DNA of 64,000 nucleotides from Bacteroidia bacterium (GTDB lineage: Bacteria; Bacteroidota; Bacteroidia; NS11-12g; UBA9320), in NCBI GenBank assembly GCA_020053795.1, contig JAGVMN010000012.1:11347-75346 (forward strand). Direction: 5' to 3'. The notes below the pieces were generated by a model. It ran no database searches. It was not told the DNA's origin and saw only the letters and a program-made list of their open reading frames with translations. Positions 36,713 to 47,139 of the stretch are shown here, in pieces (position 1 is the stretch's first letter; every line of letters begins with the position of its first letter). A program made the translations under genes and the position numbers.

Positions 36713-37102
36713 TTTTCACCATTTATTACAGCACTCGTTAAATCTTCTTTGGGGTATTTCTCTGATTTATTTTTATTTTTTAGCAGACAACCTGTTCCAA
36801 TTTGCAGCCGTTATATGAGCTATTGGGTCAGAAAGTACGGGAATTGGAGTTGCCCTTTCAATATGTGTTTCTGTATCCAATTCAATCAAGAAGTTATATT
36901 TTGTCATTTTATTTCCGCATTTACAGGCGGTAAGAAAATGAAAAATTCATCAGTCAAATGTAGATTGGGAAGAAATGCTCAGAAATGACTTTGCTCATTT
37001 TGCTCTCATGAATTTCCTCATTTAAACGAAGATATTGGCTAAAATATAACCGGCGATTTCGAAACCCACGAAAGGTTAATTTCCCGGTGAAAAAATAATT
37101 GG

Positions 37103-37396
37103 CTATTGTTCATATAACCGCAAACGGTTTTTTACTGATCTCAGTTCTTCCTGCAAGTCCTCAATTTTTTGCAAGAGATTAAATACAACGTCAATTCCTT
37201 CAGGATTCAACTCGAGTTCATGGTAAATCCTGATAATTTTCTCAATATGGTCTAAACTTTCCTGATGGATGTATTCCATTTGATCAATCTTTCTGATTTC
37301 AATCAGGCCTGTTTCGTTCAGATTACTGAAGAACGACATTTCAACACTGTAGTTGCTGCAGAGCTGATCCAATGGTATGAGAGTTTCTTTTTTCAT
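37103..37396 (-). CDS. cbpM: Chaperone modulator CbpM (MerR-like)
   Basis: 97-aa protein overlapping the cbpA stop by 4 nt. Its pattern and length resemble CbpM ([27 protein letters not shown]...[28 protein letters not shown]). Confidence 0.65.
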   Translation of the reverse strand: MKKETLIPLDQLCSNYSVEMSFFSNLNETGLIEIRKIDQMEYIHQESLDHIEKIIRIYHELELNPEGIDVVFNLLQKIEDLQEELRSVKNRLRLYEQ

Positions 37397-38286
37397 GACT
37401 TTCGTAATTGGCTTAGTTCCTTAAAAAGTGCTTTTTCCTTTTCGGTCAGGTTTTTGGGCAGGGTGACTTGAAAGGTAATGTACAAATCGCCAAAAACACC
37501 ATCCTTTTTGTAAACAGGGAAGCCCTTTCCCTTTAATTTCACTCTGGTACCGCTTTGGGTTTCCGCTTGTATTTTCAGTCTTACTTTTCCGTCAAAAGTG
37601 TCAACGGTCATTTCTCCGCCAAGCAAGGCTGTGTATAAATCGAGATCCGCCATTGAAAAGAGATTATCCCCATCCCGCTTGAATTTCGTATGGTTTTCAA
37701 TAGAGAACCTGATTTGCAAATCACCATTTGGGCCACCATTTATTCCTTCCCCGCCATGGCCCTTAATCTTTATCACCTGGCCATTTTGCACCCCTGCCGG
37801 TATGGTGAGGCGGATGTTTTTGCCGTTAATCATTAAGGTTCTTTTGTGAGTCGCATAAACCTCTTTTAGGTCAAGGTGCAGCTCGGCATTAAAATCCTGC
37901 CCTTTGAATCTGACGTTTCCGCTTCCTCGTCCTGATTTTCTCCCTCCGAAAAGTGATTCAAAAAAGTCGGAATAATCACTACCCGAAAAATCACCTGATG
38001 ATCCCTGATATTGATTTCTTTGCGACTGATGCCCCTGCCTGGCATTTTCCATTTCATCCGCATGTTTCCAGTCTTTGCCGTACTGATCATATTTCTTACG
38101 ATTCTCCGGATTGCTCAACACCTCGTTGGCTTCATTGATTTCCTTGAACTTTCTCTCCGCTTCCTTGTCGTTGGGATTGAGATCGGGGTGGTACTTTCGG
38201 GCGTACTTGCGGTAGGCCTTTTTTATATCCGCTTCGGTCGCCTTTTTGTCGAGTCCCAATACACCGTAGTAGTCTATGAATGCCAT
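37393..38286 (-). CDS. cbpA: Curved-DNA-binding protein CbpA (DnaJ-class co-chaperone without zinc-finger domain)
   Basis: J domain [67 protein letters not shown], then a G/F-like linker and DnaJ C-terminal domains. No CxxCxGxG repeats. The start is taken at Met 38286. Confidence 0.85.
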   Translation of the reverse strand: MAFIDYYGVLGLDKKATEADIKKAYRKYARKYHPDLNPNDKEAERKFKEINEANEVLSNPENRKKYDQYGKDWKHADEMENARQGHQSQRNQYQGSSGDFSGSDYSDFFESLFGGRKSGRGSGNVRFKGQDFNAELHLDLKEVYATHKRTLMINGKNIRLTIPAGVQNGQVIKIKGHGGEGINGGPNGDLQIRFSIENHTKFKRDGDNLFSMADLDLYTALLGGEMTVDTFDGKVRLKIQAETQSGTRVKLKGKGFPVYKKDGVFGDLYITFQVTLPKNLTEKEKALFKELSQLRKS

Positions 38287-38428
38287 TTGGATTTGTTGTA
38301 GAAAGTAACTTAATCCAGCAAAGGTCACTCAAATTTTGCAATTGTATTTCAGCAGTGATTCAAAAAAAGAGTTTAGTGCTCATCAAATGATTTTTTCAAT
38401 GATGTACACGGCAATCAATCCAACTGTT

Positions 38429-39427
38429 TCACAATCCAAAATGCGGACATTTCCCCGATTCCCAAACCGCGGTAATAGCATCTTTCACTCCTGACATTTG
38501 TTGCCAAAAGGTTTCCGGAAGATCGGGTCCAGGTGCATTGAAACAAACTTCCAGTTCCTTAAGAAAATCACTGAATACCAGATCGAGTTCCTTCTGCTGT
38601 TCGATTTTTTCATTGGTATGTTCACCGCTGTAAACAGCTGGCAGTTTGTGATACGAGTGCAACATGATCCTGAATTTTTGATAATGGCTCAAATGTCCTT
38701 TGAACCAGGAGGAATCATATTCCTTACCCGCCTCGGGCTTAGGCGGTCTGAAATCGGCAGCAACCAATTTTGAATTGGCACCCTCACCTTGTTCTATGAT
38801 GGCTTCGATGGCCAGCATAGCTGTTTCGGGTGAATCTACTTTCTGACTAAAACCATGGCTTCTGCCATCCTTGTTGTGATACTCGTGAAAACAGTTTTTC
38901 TGTTTGATATTTTTCGAGTGCCCGACGTAACACTGGTCCCATAAGGAAATGATGCCGATCTTTAGGGCATCATACACTTCGGCGATGGAGCCACAAGCCT
39001 TTTGCTTGCTCCATTCAATTTCCTTTTTGGGCAAGGGAAGTTCTATGGCACAAAACAATTTGAGCGTTCCTTCAGACAAGGCATTCGGCAAAACGGGGTA
39101 CCCTTTTATATTATCGGGAAGCAAATCTTTGTGCGGATGAAAAAAGGGGATCGCATTCATGTCGTGATAGGACGGTGTTTTGAATTTCACGGAATATCCA
39201 AGGGCATTCGAAATATTGCAAACCAACTCTATATGCAACATCTCCTGCACAGCGACAGAAAACAACAGTTTTGCTGCATCAGGATAATCGGATGTCTTTA
39301 GCTTTTTCAGGTCTTTGATGCTGTACAAAGCCGTTAAGTACAAAGGGATTGTCCAGACCTCAAGATCAAGGGCCTGTTGCAGGTGTTTGTGCAGGTCGGT
39401 TTTGCTCCACAGGGCGGGGTGTTTCAT
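38429..39427 (-). CDS. Ferritin-like domain-containing protein
   Basis: The N-terminal four-helix pattern is LQQALDLEVWTIPLYLTALYSIKD...AVQEMLHIELVCNI, as in the Ferritin-like (di-iron-like) family. Confidence 0.6.
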   Translation of the reverse strand: MKHPALWSKTDLHKHLQQALDLEVWTIPLYLTALYSIKDLKKLKTSDYPDAAKLLFSVAVQEMLHIELVCNISNALGYSVKFKTPSYHDMNAIPFFHPHKDLLPDNIKGYPVLPNALSEGTLKLFCAIELPLPKKEIEWSKQKACGSIAEVYDALKIGIISLWDQCYVGHSKNIKQKNCFHEYHNKDGRSHGFSQKVDSPETAMLAIEAIIEQGEGANSKLVAADFRPPKPEAGKEYDSSWFKGHLSHYQKFRIMLHSYHKLPAVYSGEHTNEKIEQQKELDLVFSDFLKELEVCFNAPGPDLPETFWQQMSGVKDAITAVWESGKCPHFGL

Positions 39428-39483
39428 TTGCTCTTGGTTTTTAAATACGAATTATTCTGAGACTCATTGATCTCAAAAGTGCA

Positions 39484-39720
39484 TCAAACATGATTTCTCA
39501 AAAATTCCGGGCAAAAATCAAAGCCATTTGGCCAGGTGATATAGCCGTTTTCTGCCTTAACCTGCTTAAAGTACGTTTCATCATTTAATAAGGATGAAAC
39601 ACCTTGTTTAATAAAAGGCCTGATATTTATTTCTTTGGACACACCATCTTCAAATTGCACTCTTATTTTATGGTTTTCAAGAGCAATAACAGATAGAATA
39701 TTTGGTATGCTTTCCATCAT
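39484..39720 (-). CDS. DUF2442 domain protein
   Basis: 78 aa with text HKIRVQFEDGVSKEINIRPFI...ITWPNGFDFCPEFL, typical of DUF2442. The start overlaps the DUF4160 stop by 1 nt (TAATG). Confidence 0.7.
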   Translation of the reverse strand: MMESIPNILSVIALENHKIRVQFEDGVSKEINIRPFIKQGVSSLLNDETYFKQVKAENGYITWPNGFDFCPEFLRNHV

Positions 39721-39980
39721 TATACAAGAGGTTTAATAGGTTTTGGCTGTAAATCATTCCGCATCAGATCCCAATCTTCAATTAATTCGCTTCTGTTTTC
39801 TGAGGCCCATTCAATTGTAAGAGCAAATATTCTTTTAGGTAAATTGCCCTTTATTATAGCTAAAGTTTGAATATCAATTTCTGCCATAAACTCATTGTAA
39901 TAGGCATGAAAATGAGGCGGATTATGTTCATTATAAAACATACGAATTATTATTCCAAGAAATCTCGATATTTCGGGCAT
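39720..39980 (-). CDS. DUF4160 domain protein
   Basis: MPEISRFLGIIIRMFYNEHNPPHFHAYYNEFMAEIDIQTL matches the DUF4160 signature. The start is taken at Met 39980; the track ORF extends to 40127. Confidence 0.75.
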   Translation of the reverse strand: MPEISRFLGIIIRMFYNEHNPPHFHAYYNEFMAEIDIQTLAIIKGNLPKRIFALTIEWASENRSELIEDWDLMRNDLQPKPIKPLV

Positions 39981-40184
39981 CCCTATAATTGATTGCTGCT
40001 GCGAAGTTAGCGAAGTTCTCCAAAAATTTATCAACTCTCTCGCTTTGGTTAAACGCTTTAGAGCTTTAAGGAACAAAGATTCGGAGTCATTGATAATAGA
40101 CCATTTGTTTATCTCATATACTGCCAACTCACCAGCAAAAGTTGTTGATTTATCAGAACTAATGTTAGCGTTGATCTTGCCAAA

Positions 40185-43100
40185 TCACTTCACCTTATCC
40201 TTCAAAAGGCCGGTTTTGTTGATGATTCCTTTCATAGAGGAATAAGGAATGCTCAATGTAATTGGTTCTTCATAGGCAAAGGAATTATCCGGAATCAGAA
40301 AAAAATCAATTCCTTCTTCGGTGATAGCGAACTTATTTTCCACCATCTCGAAATATTGACTGATGTCTGAACAAGGGATGTCCATATCTTCCAGATTTTT
40401 TATTGCAAGCTGCAACAGTCCATTTAGCTGGACCTGATAATTTTTTGAAGTATCAAACAGATCAGCTAATGTTACTTCAAGTAGTTCATTTTTTTCGGAA
40501 ATTGTGTAGTTATAAAAATCGTAAGATGAATGAGCTCCCCCTTTGTAACTTACAGTGAGAGTAATGGAATAGGAAATAGTATTGTGCGTAATTCCAGCAA
40601 ACCTATAAGTGTAATCAGTACATTCGTAACCGGGTGTCCCGGAGGGATAAAAGCCATCATCCAACTTTGGATAAATCATTTCCACGTCGGATTCGTAACG
40701 TAAATTGTTGGCCAGTTGTAAAGACCCGATAGACAGATTTCTCAGAGCTATTGAAGTTAGATAATTGCGGACTAAGGTTTCTCGGGTCTTATTTGGATTA
40801 GAAGAAAAATAATCGGATATCATTTCACTCCACTCGATTAAACCAAGTAGGGGAATATCCTTGTATTTATATTCATTATAGTCATAAGACCATTCTCTGT
40901 GGTGAAACAGGTTTTCTATGAGGTATGGTACATTCATATAACCATCATTCCTGGCTTCGAGAAAAATTGTTCCGGTAGAGTCTATTACGCCAATGCTGTC
41001 CCCTGACCAAAAGGCAGCATAACCACCCATGAAGTCCGTTATCTCAGTCCACATCGGTGGAATTATTATCCGACCGAATATATCGGAAATACCCCAGCCA
41101 TCTTTCTTTATCAGGTACAAACCGTTGTCCTGCCTTATTATTTCTTCATAAATACAAGGCAATATGAAGGTCCCGTCCGATCTGACCAAACCATTTCCAT
41201 TTCCATCTTTGTAAACTATAGCAATCGAATCCCTGAATGGCACAGCTTTGAGATATTCAGGGGGCAATATGTATTTCCCATTTCTGTTCATAAGTCCCCA
41301 GCCACCATAAAGAAAGTCTGACTCAGAATAATAATAATATTGCCCTTCGTCTTCCTCTGACGACTCGAAGATGTCCAATTTGGGTTTGACCCAACAAACA
41401 CCATGCTCTTGATCGAAAAGACCGGTAGCAGCATAGACTGTATCTATGACAAATTTCTTTTGTTTCAAATCCAGAATTCCAACCTTCCTGTTCAGGTTAA
41501 CGACACAGACAAGACCACCCTCCAAATGACTCAAAGACTCACAATACTGCGGCTCCAGAATAATTTCTCCCTTCTGATTCAGAATACCCGTTTTGCCATT
41601 TTTATCAGCATAAACAATATATTCATCATCATAAATGCTCACACTGTACTTTGGAGGTAAGATGACTTTTCTATCGTTGTTAAAAACCCCGCAGGTATAA
41701 TTTTTTGAATCACTGTCTTTAATCAGACAGAATTGGGTGACAGCCGATTCTCCTTGGATAAAGTTGCTCACATCCAATGGTTGAGACAAATCCCAACCGG
41801 AGTAAAAGGAAATGATACCGTCTTTAATCAACCCAATCTTTCCAGCATGTTCTGCGAATCCAAAATCATATTCAAAAGGAATTACCACTGAGTCATTGGC
41901 GTCAATTATTCCGAACTTGCCGTTTCTACGTACCAAAAAGAAGGCGGCAAAGTCTTGGTTTACATCTTCAGTATAATTATATTTTGAGGTCACAATGGGC
42001 GTCATTTCCTCATAAGGTTTGCTGAGAATGCTCCCATTCCTATCAAATGCCATCCAATGTTTATTCTTCAAAAGACATCCGACCGGAACGTTGGTTATAT
42101 TTGGATAATCGCCTTCAACCCAACGTACACTATCATACTCGAAAGGAGCTATTATTTTCCCGTCAGTTGTCAACACGCCACACTTCCCTTGTTTGTACAA
42201 CATCATCATTCCGTTCCTAATTTTGTTATCAAAATAGTATCGATCATCTTCCGGCTTATATATGCGATTAGGGGTGTATTCGGTGTCTAACATTTTTTTG
42301 CCGTGAGTGTTGAAAAGACCGAATTTATTCCCGCTCTGAACCCATATCAGGTCATTTTTGTTTGAAGGCGAAATCCAGTCATAAATGCACGGTATAATGA
42401 TTACTCCATTCTTATTTATCACTCCATACTTCACAGGAATCCTTCCCGGGGATGGGTATGCATTAGCAAACAACAAGAACGACTTGTCATTCAAATCTAT
42501 AAGGTATTTGAAACGGGGAGCAAAAAAATAACCTGTTGTATCCACAAACCCGTAAAGGTTACCTGATGTTATAATAAATCTTCCGTTCATCAAATCTCCG
42601 GGTCTGTCATATTGTATCGGGAGAATCAACTTATTGTTCTGGTCAATTATGCCCCATCTGTTGTTTTGCGAAACTTTGAAATAACCAGCCTTTGAGTGGT
42701 AATATTCTTCATTGTTTCGTTCAAGGTAATTGTTCGGCTCGTAAGAAAATTCAATTTTATTGTAGTTCAGCGGTATGACGATCTTGCCTTCGTAATTGAG
42801 GACACCGTATTTTTCGTTTTGTGTTACGATGTAAAAACCACCCTGAACCTTGTAGTTGCTGAATCGGGGCTGAATGACCCATTCGTTTTTATAATTCTTA
42901 AAACCGTATTCACAGGTTAAATTCTCTTTTGAAACATGCAATCTCAGGTTGTCAGGGATCTTCATGGTCATTGAAACTAAGGTACCAGACGTGTCATAAG
43001 CCAAAGTGCTATACACAGTTCCATTTATGTGCTTGTTTTCCTGAGCCAACATTCCATTCTCGAACCATTCCTTCGAGATATTCGTAGAATCGTTGAGTTT

Positions 43101-44117
43101 TCGCAATTCTCTTCTTTTTGATCCGTCAGGGTAATAAACTACCTCAGAGATTGTTTGAGAACCCTCATAAATATGGAACCGTTTAGGAACACCATTAGGG
43201 TAGTATGATTTAAATTCACCTTTCATTTTGCCGTTTTCATATAACCCTGTGCTTTTTACTTTTCCGCTTGGGTAATAACCGACAGTTTCTCCATCCAACT
43301 CGCCGTCTTTAAAGAAACCACGACTTTTCAAATTTCCGTTGTCGAAGTATGTTGTTGATTCCCCGTTAGCTTTGTCATTGGTATAGAATTTCCGGCTTAT
43401 GATATTTCCGCTGTCGCTGTATTCTACAAATTCCCCATCTCGCTGGCCCATTAAGTAATTCTCACTACTTTTTATTTTTCCTGCTTCGTTAAAAGTAATT
43501 TTCTTTCCATGGATCATTCCGTTTTTGTGCGTTACCTTATATTTCAATTGTCCGTTTGCATGCCATTCGGTTTCCTCACCTTCCTTTTTTCCATTTACCA
43601 ATAATGATTTTATCATCAATTGGCCGTTCTTATGATAGCTTCTAATGGGTCCATCTAAGGTATCATGAACAAAGTGTGAAATGGAACTAACCTTTCCATT
43701 GCTGTGGTAATAATTTGACTCACCCTCCTTTAATCCGTTTACATAGTTGGCCTTTTCATGCAGATTGCCATTTTTATAATAAGACCGGAATTCTCCATTT
43801 AGTTGCCCATTGATAAAGAAACCCTCCTGTTGAATCCTCCCGTTTTTGAGATACCAGACACACCAACCTTCATTTACCTCAGGGTTTTCAGATGAAAGTC
43901 GCCCTTTCCATTGCAACTGTCCGGTAATAAAATAATCTCTCACAGTGTCGGTCAGGTGGCCGGAAGAATCGTATCTGATAACGCGATAATAAGAGGCCTC
44001 ACTCTTTGGACACTGGGTCCATTTCTCGCTAAAATATTTGGTGACCTTCCGGGTCTGACCTTGCCCTGTTGTTATCAGGCAAAAAAGAATAAAAAAGAGA
44101 AAGCAGAGATGTTTCAT
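40185..44117 (-). CDS. Giant secreted protein: MORN-variant (YwqK-like) repeats, ~13 WG repeats, C-terminal DUF3298-like domain
   Basis: Signal peptide MKHLCFLFFILFCLITTGQG. MORN-variant units (NGQLNGEFRSYYKNGNLHEKANYVNGLKEGESNYYHSNGKV...). WG units (NEKYGVLNYEGKIVIPLNYN; NNRWGIIDQNNKLILPIQYD; NGKFGIIDANDSVVIPFEYD; GGWGLMNRNGKYILPPEY...). C-terminal TLTVSYKGGAHSSYDFYNYTI. Confidence 0.7.
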   Translation of the reverse strand: MKHLCFLFFILFCLITTGQGQTRKVTKYFSEKWTQCPKSEASYYRVIRYDSSGHLTDTVRDYFITGQLQWKGRLSSENPEVNEGWCVWYLKNGRIQQEGFFINGQLNGEFRSYYKNGNLHEKANYVNGLKEGESNYYHSNGKVSSISHFVHDTLDGPIRSYHKNGQLMIKSLLVNGKKEGEETEWHANGQLKYKVTHKNGMIHGKKITFNEAGKIKSSENYLMGQRDGEFVEYSDSGNIISRKFYTNDKANGESTTYFDNGNLKSRGFFKDGELDGETVGYYPSGKVKSTGLYENGKMKGEFKSYYPNGVPKRFHIYEGSQTISEVVYYPDGSKRRELRKLNDSTNISKEWFENGMLAQENKHINGTVYSTLAYDTSGTLVSMTMKIPDNLRLHVSKENLTCEYGFKNYKNEWVIQPRFSNYKVQGGFYIVTQNEKYGVLNYEGKIVIPLNYNKIEFSYEPNNYLERNNEEYYHSKAGYFKVSQNNRWGIIDQNNKLILPIQYDRPGDLMNGRFIITSGNLYGFVDTTGYFFAPRFKYLIDLNDKSFLLFANAYPSPGRIPVKYGVINKNGVIIIPCIYDWISPSNKNDLIWVQSGNKFGLFNTHGKKMLDTEYTPNRIYKPEDDRYYFDNKIRNGMMMLYKQGKCGVLTTDGKIIAPFEYDSVRWVEGDYPNITNVPVGCLLKNKHWMAFDRNGSILSKPYEEMTPIVTSKYNYTEDVNQDFAAFFLVRRNGKFGIIDANDSVVIPFEYDFGFAEHAGKIGLIKDGIISFYSGWDLSQPLDVSNFIQGESAVTQFCLIKDSDSKNYTCGVFNNDRKVILPPKYSVSIYDDEYIVYADKNGKTGILNQKGEIILEPQYCESLSHLEGGLVCVVNLNRKVGILDLKQKKFVIDTVYAATGLFDQEHGVCWVKPKLDIFESSEEDEGQYYYYSESDFLYGGWGLMNRNGKYILPPEYLKAVPFRDSIAIVYKDGNGNGLVRSDGTFILPCIYEEIIRQDNGLYLIKKDGWGISDIFGRIIIPPMWTEITDFMGGYAAFWSGDSIGVIDSTGTIFLEARNDGYMNVPYLIENLFHHREWSYDYNEYKYKDIPLLGLIEWSEMISDYFSSNPNKTRETLVRNYLTSIALRNLSIGSLQLANNLRYESDVEMIYPKLDDGFYPSGTPGYECTDYTYRFAGITHNTISYSITLTVSYKGGAHSSYDFYNYTISEKNELLEVTLADLFDTSKNYQVQLNGLLQLAIKNLEDMDIPCSDISQYFEMVENKFAITEEGIDFFLIPDNSFAYEEPITLSIPYSSMKGIINKTGLLKDKVK

Positions 44118-44471
44118 TTCAAAATTGTTTGAGAAAAAGGAATGGTCTCTACAAATATCATATTATTTAACAATGATGAATCAAGCCAGTTGTTTTCATG
44201 GTCTGAAATTGATTTTTTATTTTGATGAAAACGAAGGCAACATTTACACTCAATTGAGAAACGATGGCAAAAAGAAGGAAAATCGCCCTCGTTCTAATTG
44301 TGAGGGTGAATTTTACGGTTGTTTTAAGAAGTCCCTATTTTAAAAACTCTTACCTGAGTTTTACAATTTGAGTTTTGGTAGTTTAGATTGTGGGTTGGTG
44401 ATATCCGATGCAGTTGTACTAGCTAACGATTGTGCTCTTAGGTGAGGATATAAGGTGATTGGTTCTTATTG

Positions 44472-44824
44472 TCAATACTTCCTTTGTCTGATTCCGTTCC
44501 TATCTACAACTGTAAGGTAATTATCTAACGCAATTTCTTTTTTGCTAATCAAGTCTTCTATTATTTGTCCCGGTTCTTCTGGTTTATATTCGTCAAGCCT
44601 TAAATAGATAACTCCTTTTGCGGGTTTGTGGTTGTGTTTAAAAATTAGTTCCCCATAGTCACGGTCAAAAGTCAGGATGGTGCGGTTCTCGTTAATTGCA
44701 ATACTCATCACGCACTGTCCTGAATACTTGGATAATCAGTCCCGATGAAACTAATATCGAAACCGTTTCTTCTCAGATAAAGAATGCTCTTTAAAGGAAA
44801 ATTCTCGTTGGCTAAAAGTTTCAT
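44472..44824 (-). pseudogene. DUF5615 (PIN-like, Mut7-C type) gene interrupted by a frameshift
   Basis: The N-terminal 38 codons (MKLLANENFPLKSILYLRRNGFDISFIGTDYPSIQDSA) stop at TGA 44710-44708. The rest (VMSIAINENRTILTFDRDYGELIF...GVIYLRL) continues in another frame from 44711. A one-base shift would restore a single ~117-aa protein. Confidence 0.65.
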
Positions 44825-44831
44825 GAATCAA

Positions 44832-45071
44832 TCAGGCTATCTTTCTTGGCGGCGTAAACAGCAGGCCATCATTCAGGCAATCCTGAATATAAGTAAATAC
44901 TGCCTGGAGCGATTCCTTTGTCAGTCGAGGAAAGTTCTCCAGGATTTCTTTTTCGGTCCATCCTTGTGCCAAAAGTCCAACAATATGTTCAACAGAAATT
45001 CTTGTTCCCTTAATTGTTGGTTTACCCAATAGAACTTCTTCGTCCGATACGATATAGTCATGCCAATTCAT
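44832..45071 (-). CDS. DUF433 domain protein (antitoxin-like partner of DUF5615)
   Basis: ILLGKPTIKGTRISVEHIVGLLAQGWTEKEILENFPRLTKESLQAVFTY is the DUF433 signature. Lies 7 nt upstream of the DUF5615 start. Confidence 0.8.
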   Translation of the reverse strand: MNWHDYIVSDEEVLLGKPTIKGTRISVEHIVGLLAQGWTEKEILENFPRLTKESLQAVFTYIQDCLNDGLLFTPPRKIA

Positions 45072-45221
45072 AGTTCAAATTTATGAGTTTTCATCAAATT
45101 GCCATACACTCTATTTTATCTTTTCGATTGCATTACATCCCCCACACCCCCATCGTATCATTAGTATTTTCTCAGAATGCTCAAATTGTCAGTTTAATTA
45201 AGACGGTTTTCATACTTTTGA

Positions 45222-45809
45222 ATGATGTTTGTGAAGTATCTTTGGCTCACCTTACTAGCAATTACCGTCTGTAATTTAGGCTACGGTCAAACCGAAATAA
45301 ATAAGACTTTATCAAAGAGATTGGACTCCCTGAGGGTTGAGGATCAGAAATGGAGAAAAATGTTTGCCCAAGACAGTTCTCAAAAGGCGTATGCCAAAAG
45401 AATGTTTAACTTGACAGATAGTTTGAACCTGATTGAGGCCAAAAGTATATTCAAAGAATTCGGACTCCCAACTATAAGCATGGTGGGTGAAATCAGCTGC
45501 CATAATTTCTATCTATTGGTTCTTCATGCTGATGAGGAGCCTGAGTTTCAAAGGCAGGTATTGAAGCAAATGAAAAGTAGTATTAAGTCTAATGACTGTG
45601 CAAGGAAAGACTATGCCTATTTGACTGACAGATACAGGCTCAATAATGGAAGAAAACAAATTTACGGAACCCAAATTGAACTGAACGAAAGCAAAACGGC
45701 ATATCAACCCAAGCGTTTGAAGAATCCAAAGAGAGTCAATAAGAGAAGACAAGCCATGGAAGTAACGCCTTTCGAACTGGAAAAATACTATAGTACCCCC
45801 CAAAATTAG
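45222..45809 (+). CDS. Hypothetical secreted protein whose last 5 codons and stop lie inside the IS left end
   Basis: Signal peptide MMFVKYLWLTLLAITVCNLGYGQ. No family was confidently recognised. The ORF runs into the IS inverted repeat (…EKYY|STPQN*). Confidence 0.5.
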   Translation: MMFVKYLWLTLLAITVCNLGYGQTEINKTLSKRLDSLRVEDQKWRKMFAQDSSQKAYAKRMFNLTDSLNLIEAKSIFKEFGLPTISMVGEISCHNFYLLVLHADEEPEFQRQVLKQMKSSIKSNDCARKDYAYLTDRYRLNNGRKQIYGTQIELNESKTAYQPKRLKNPKRVNKRRQAMEVTPFELEKYYSTPQN

Positions 45810-45845
45810 GACAACTGATTAAGTTGTAAATTTAACAGTTGAAAA

Positions 45846-46124
45846 ATGAAAAGAACACGCAGAAAATTCAGTTCGAGTTTCAAGGCAAAAGTTGCCATTG
45901 AAGCTCTAAAAGAGCAAATGACGTTGCAAGAATTGTCATCCAAGTTTGAGGTCCACCCAAATCAGATATCGGCCTGGAAGCAAGAATTTCTAAGCAATGC
46001 ATCAACAGTTTTTGAGTCTAAATCGGTTAAGGGCGATTCAGAGTTGGACAAGGAAAAATTGTACAAGGTCATTGGTGAGCAAAAGGTGGAAATTGATTTT
46101 TTAAAACATGTCTTGGGAAAATGA
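45846..46124 (+). CDS. IS3-family transposase OrfA (HTH)
   Basis: [49 protein letters not shown] plus a leucine-zipper-like tail. Candidate -1 slippery heptamers in frame are T TTT TTA (46097-46103) and G GGA AAA (46115-46121). Confidence 0.85.
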   Translation: MKRTRRKFSSSFKAKVAIEALKEQMTLQELSSKFEVHPNQISAWKQEFLSNASTVFESKSVKGDSELDKEKLYKVIGEQKVEIDFLKHVLGK

Positions 46125-46969
46125 GCACGACCGAAAAGAGACAACAGGTAGTGGCATCTCATCCAAGTCTAAGTCTCAAGAAACAATGTGAAGCTTTGGG
46201 GGTACATCGTTCTGGGATGTACTACAAACCACGTGGTCAGAGTGCTTTGAATGAACGGTTGATGAAAGATATAGACCGTTGTTTTCTGGTTCATCCTTAC
46301 TATGGAGTGGCACGAATGACCGATTACCTGAATAGGGACCTGGGTTATAGGGTCAATGAAAAGCGGATAGCCCGATTGTATAGGATCATGAATCTAAATA
46401 CCATTTATGCCCATCCTAAAACTACCCGGAGAGACCCCGATAAATATGTTTATCCCTATCTGCTTAGAAATCTTACTATAGACCACCCAAATCAGGTATG
46501 GCAAACAGACATTACCTATATCCCCATGTTCAGAGGCTTCATGTATCTGGCTGCTATCATAGACGTATATAGTAGAAAGGTACTGGGATGGAGTCTTTCA
46601 AATTCCATGACCACAAAATGGTGTGTAGTACTGCTTAACGACACAATAAACGAACATGGCAAACCCGAAATACATAACTCAGATCAGGGTTCTCAGTACA
46701 CCAGTTCTGACTATATTGAAGTTCTTAAAAAGCATGAAATAAGAATTTCAATGGATGGTAAAGGCAGAGCACTTGACAATGTATATATCGAAAGGTTCTG
46801 GCGTTCTCTCAAACAAGAGAAAATTTATCTCAATCCTCCAAATGGAGGTGTAGATTTGCATCAGAAGGTGAAAGAGTATATTCACTTTTACAATACAGAA
46901 AGACGACACACAGAGATTGGCAAAGTACCACCAGATGAAAAATTTGATGCCAAAAAAATGACAGGATAA
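46121..46969 (+). CDS. IS3-family transposase OrfB (DDE/rve integrase core)
   Basis: DDE triad contexts are [20 protein letters not shown] and [10 protein letters not shown]. OrfB is in the -1 frame relative to orfA. That frame is open upstream to at least 46097, so an OrfAB fusion is possible. Confidence 0.9.
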   Translation: MSTTEKRQQVVASHPSLSLKKQCEALGVHRSGMYYKPRGQSALNERLMKDIDRCFLVHPYYGVARMTDYLNRDLGYRVNEKRIARLYRIMNLNTIYAHPKTTRRDPDKYVYPYLLRNLTIDHPNQVWQTDITYIPMFRGFMYLAAIIDVYSRKVLGWSLSNSMTTKWCVVLLNDTINEHGKPEIHNSDQGSQYTSSDYIEVLKKHEIRISMDGKGRALDNVYIERFWRSLKQEKIYLNPPNGGVDLHQKVKEYIHFYNTERRHTEIGKVPPDEKFDAKKMTG

Positions 46970-47139
46970 TCAATTAAGAAATCAAAAATGTTGTCCTAAC
47001 AATGGGGGGTACCTTATACATCGAATGGGTAAATCGGGATTTATTGGGAACCGGGTCACAAAAGCACCCCTAAAATCATTTAATCAGGAATGAGATTTGA
47101 TTCCCCTGTTTTACGGTCGTATCATTGTATTTTCTCAGT

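Larger units (their letters stand above)
45791..47014 (+). mobile_element. IS3-family insertion sequence (1224 bp) with imperfect terminal inverted repeats and 3-bp TAT target duplication
   Basis: IRL is AGTACCCCCCCAAAATTAGGACAAC (45791-). The reverse complement of IRR is AGGTACCCCCCATTGTTAGGACAAC (-47014). TAT is at 45788-45790 and 47015-47017. It contains orfA/orfB in the 0/-1 frame arrangement. Confidence 0.85.

Noticed and set aside
36773-36907. A 44-aa minus-strand ORF (MTKYNFLIELDTETHIERATPIPVLSDPIAHITAANWNRLSAKK) upstream of the PAS gene
   Set aside because: It has no recognisable motif, no supporting signal, and is below any length at which chance ORFs can be excluded in AT-rich intergenic DNA.
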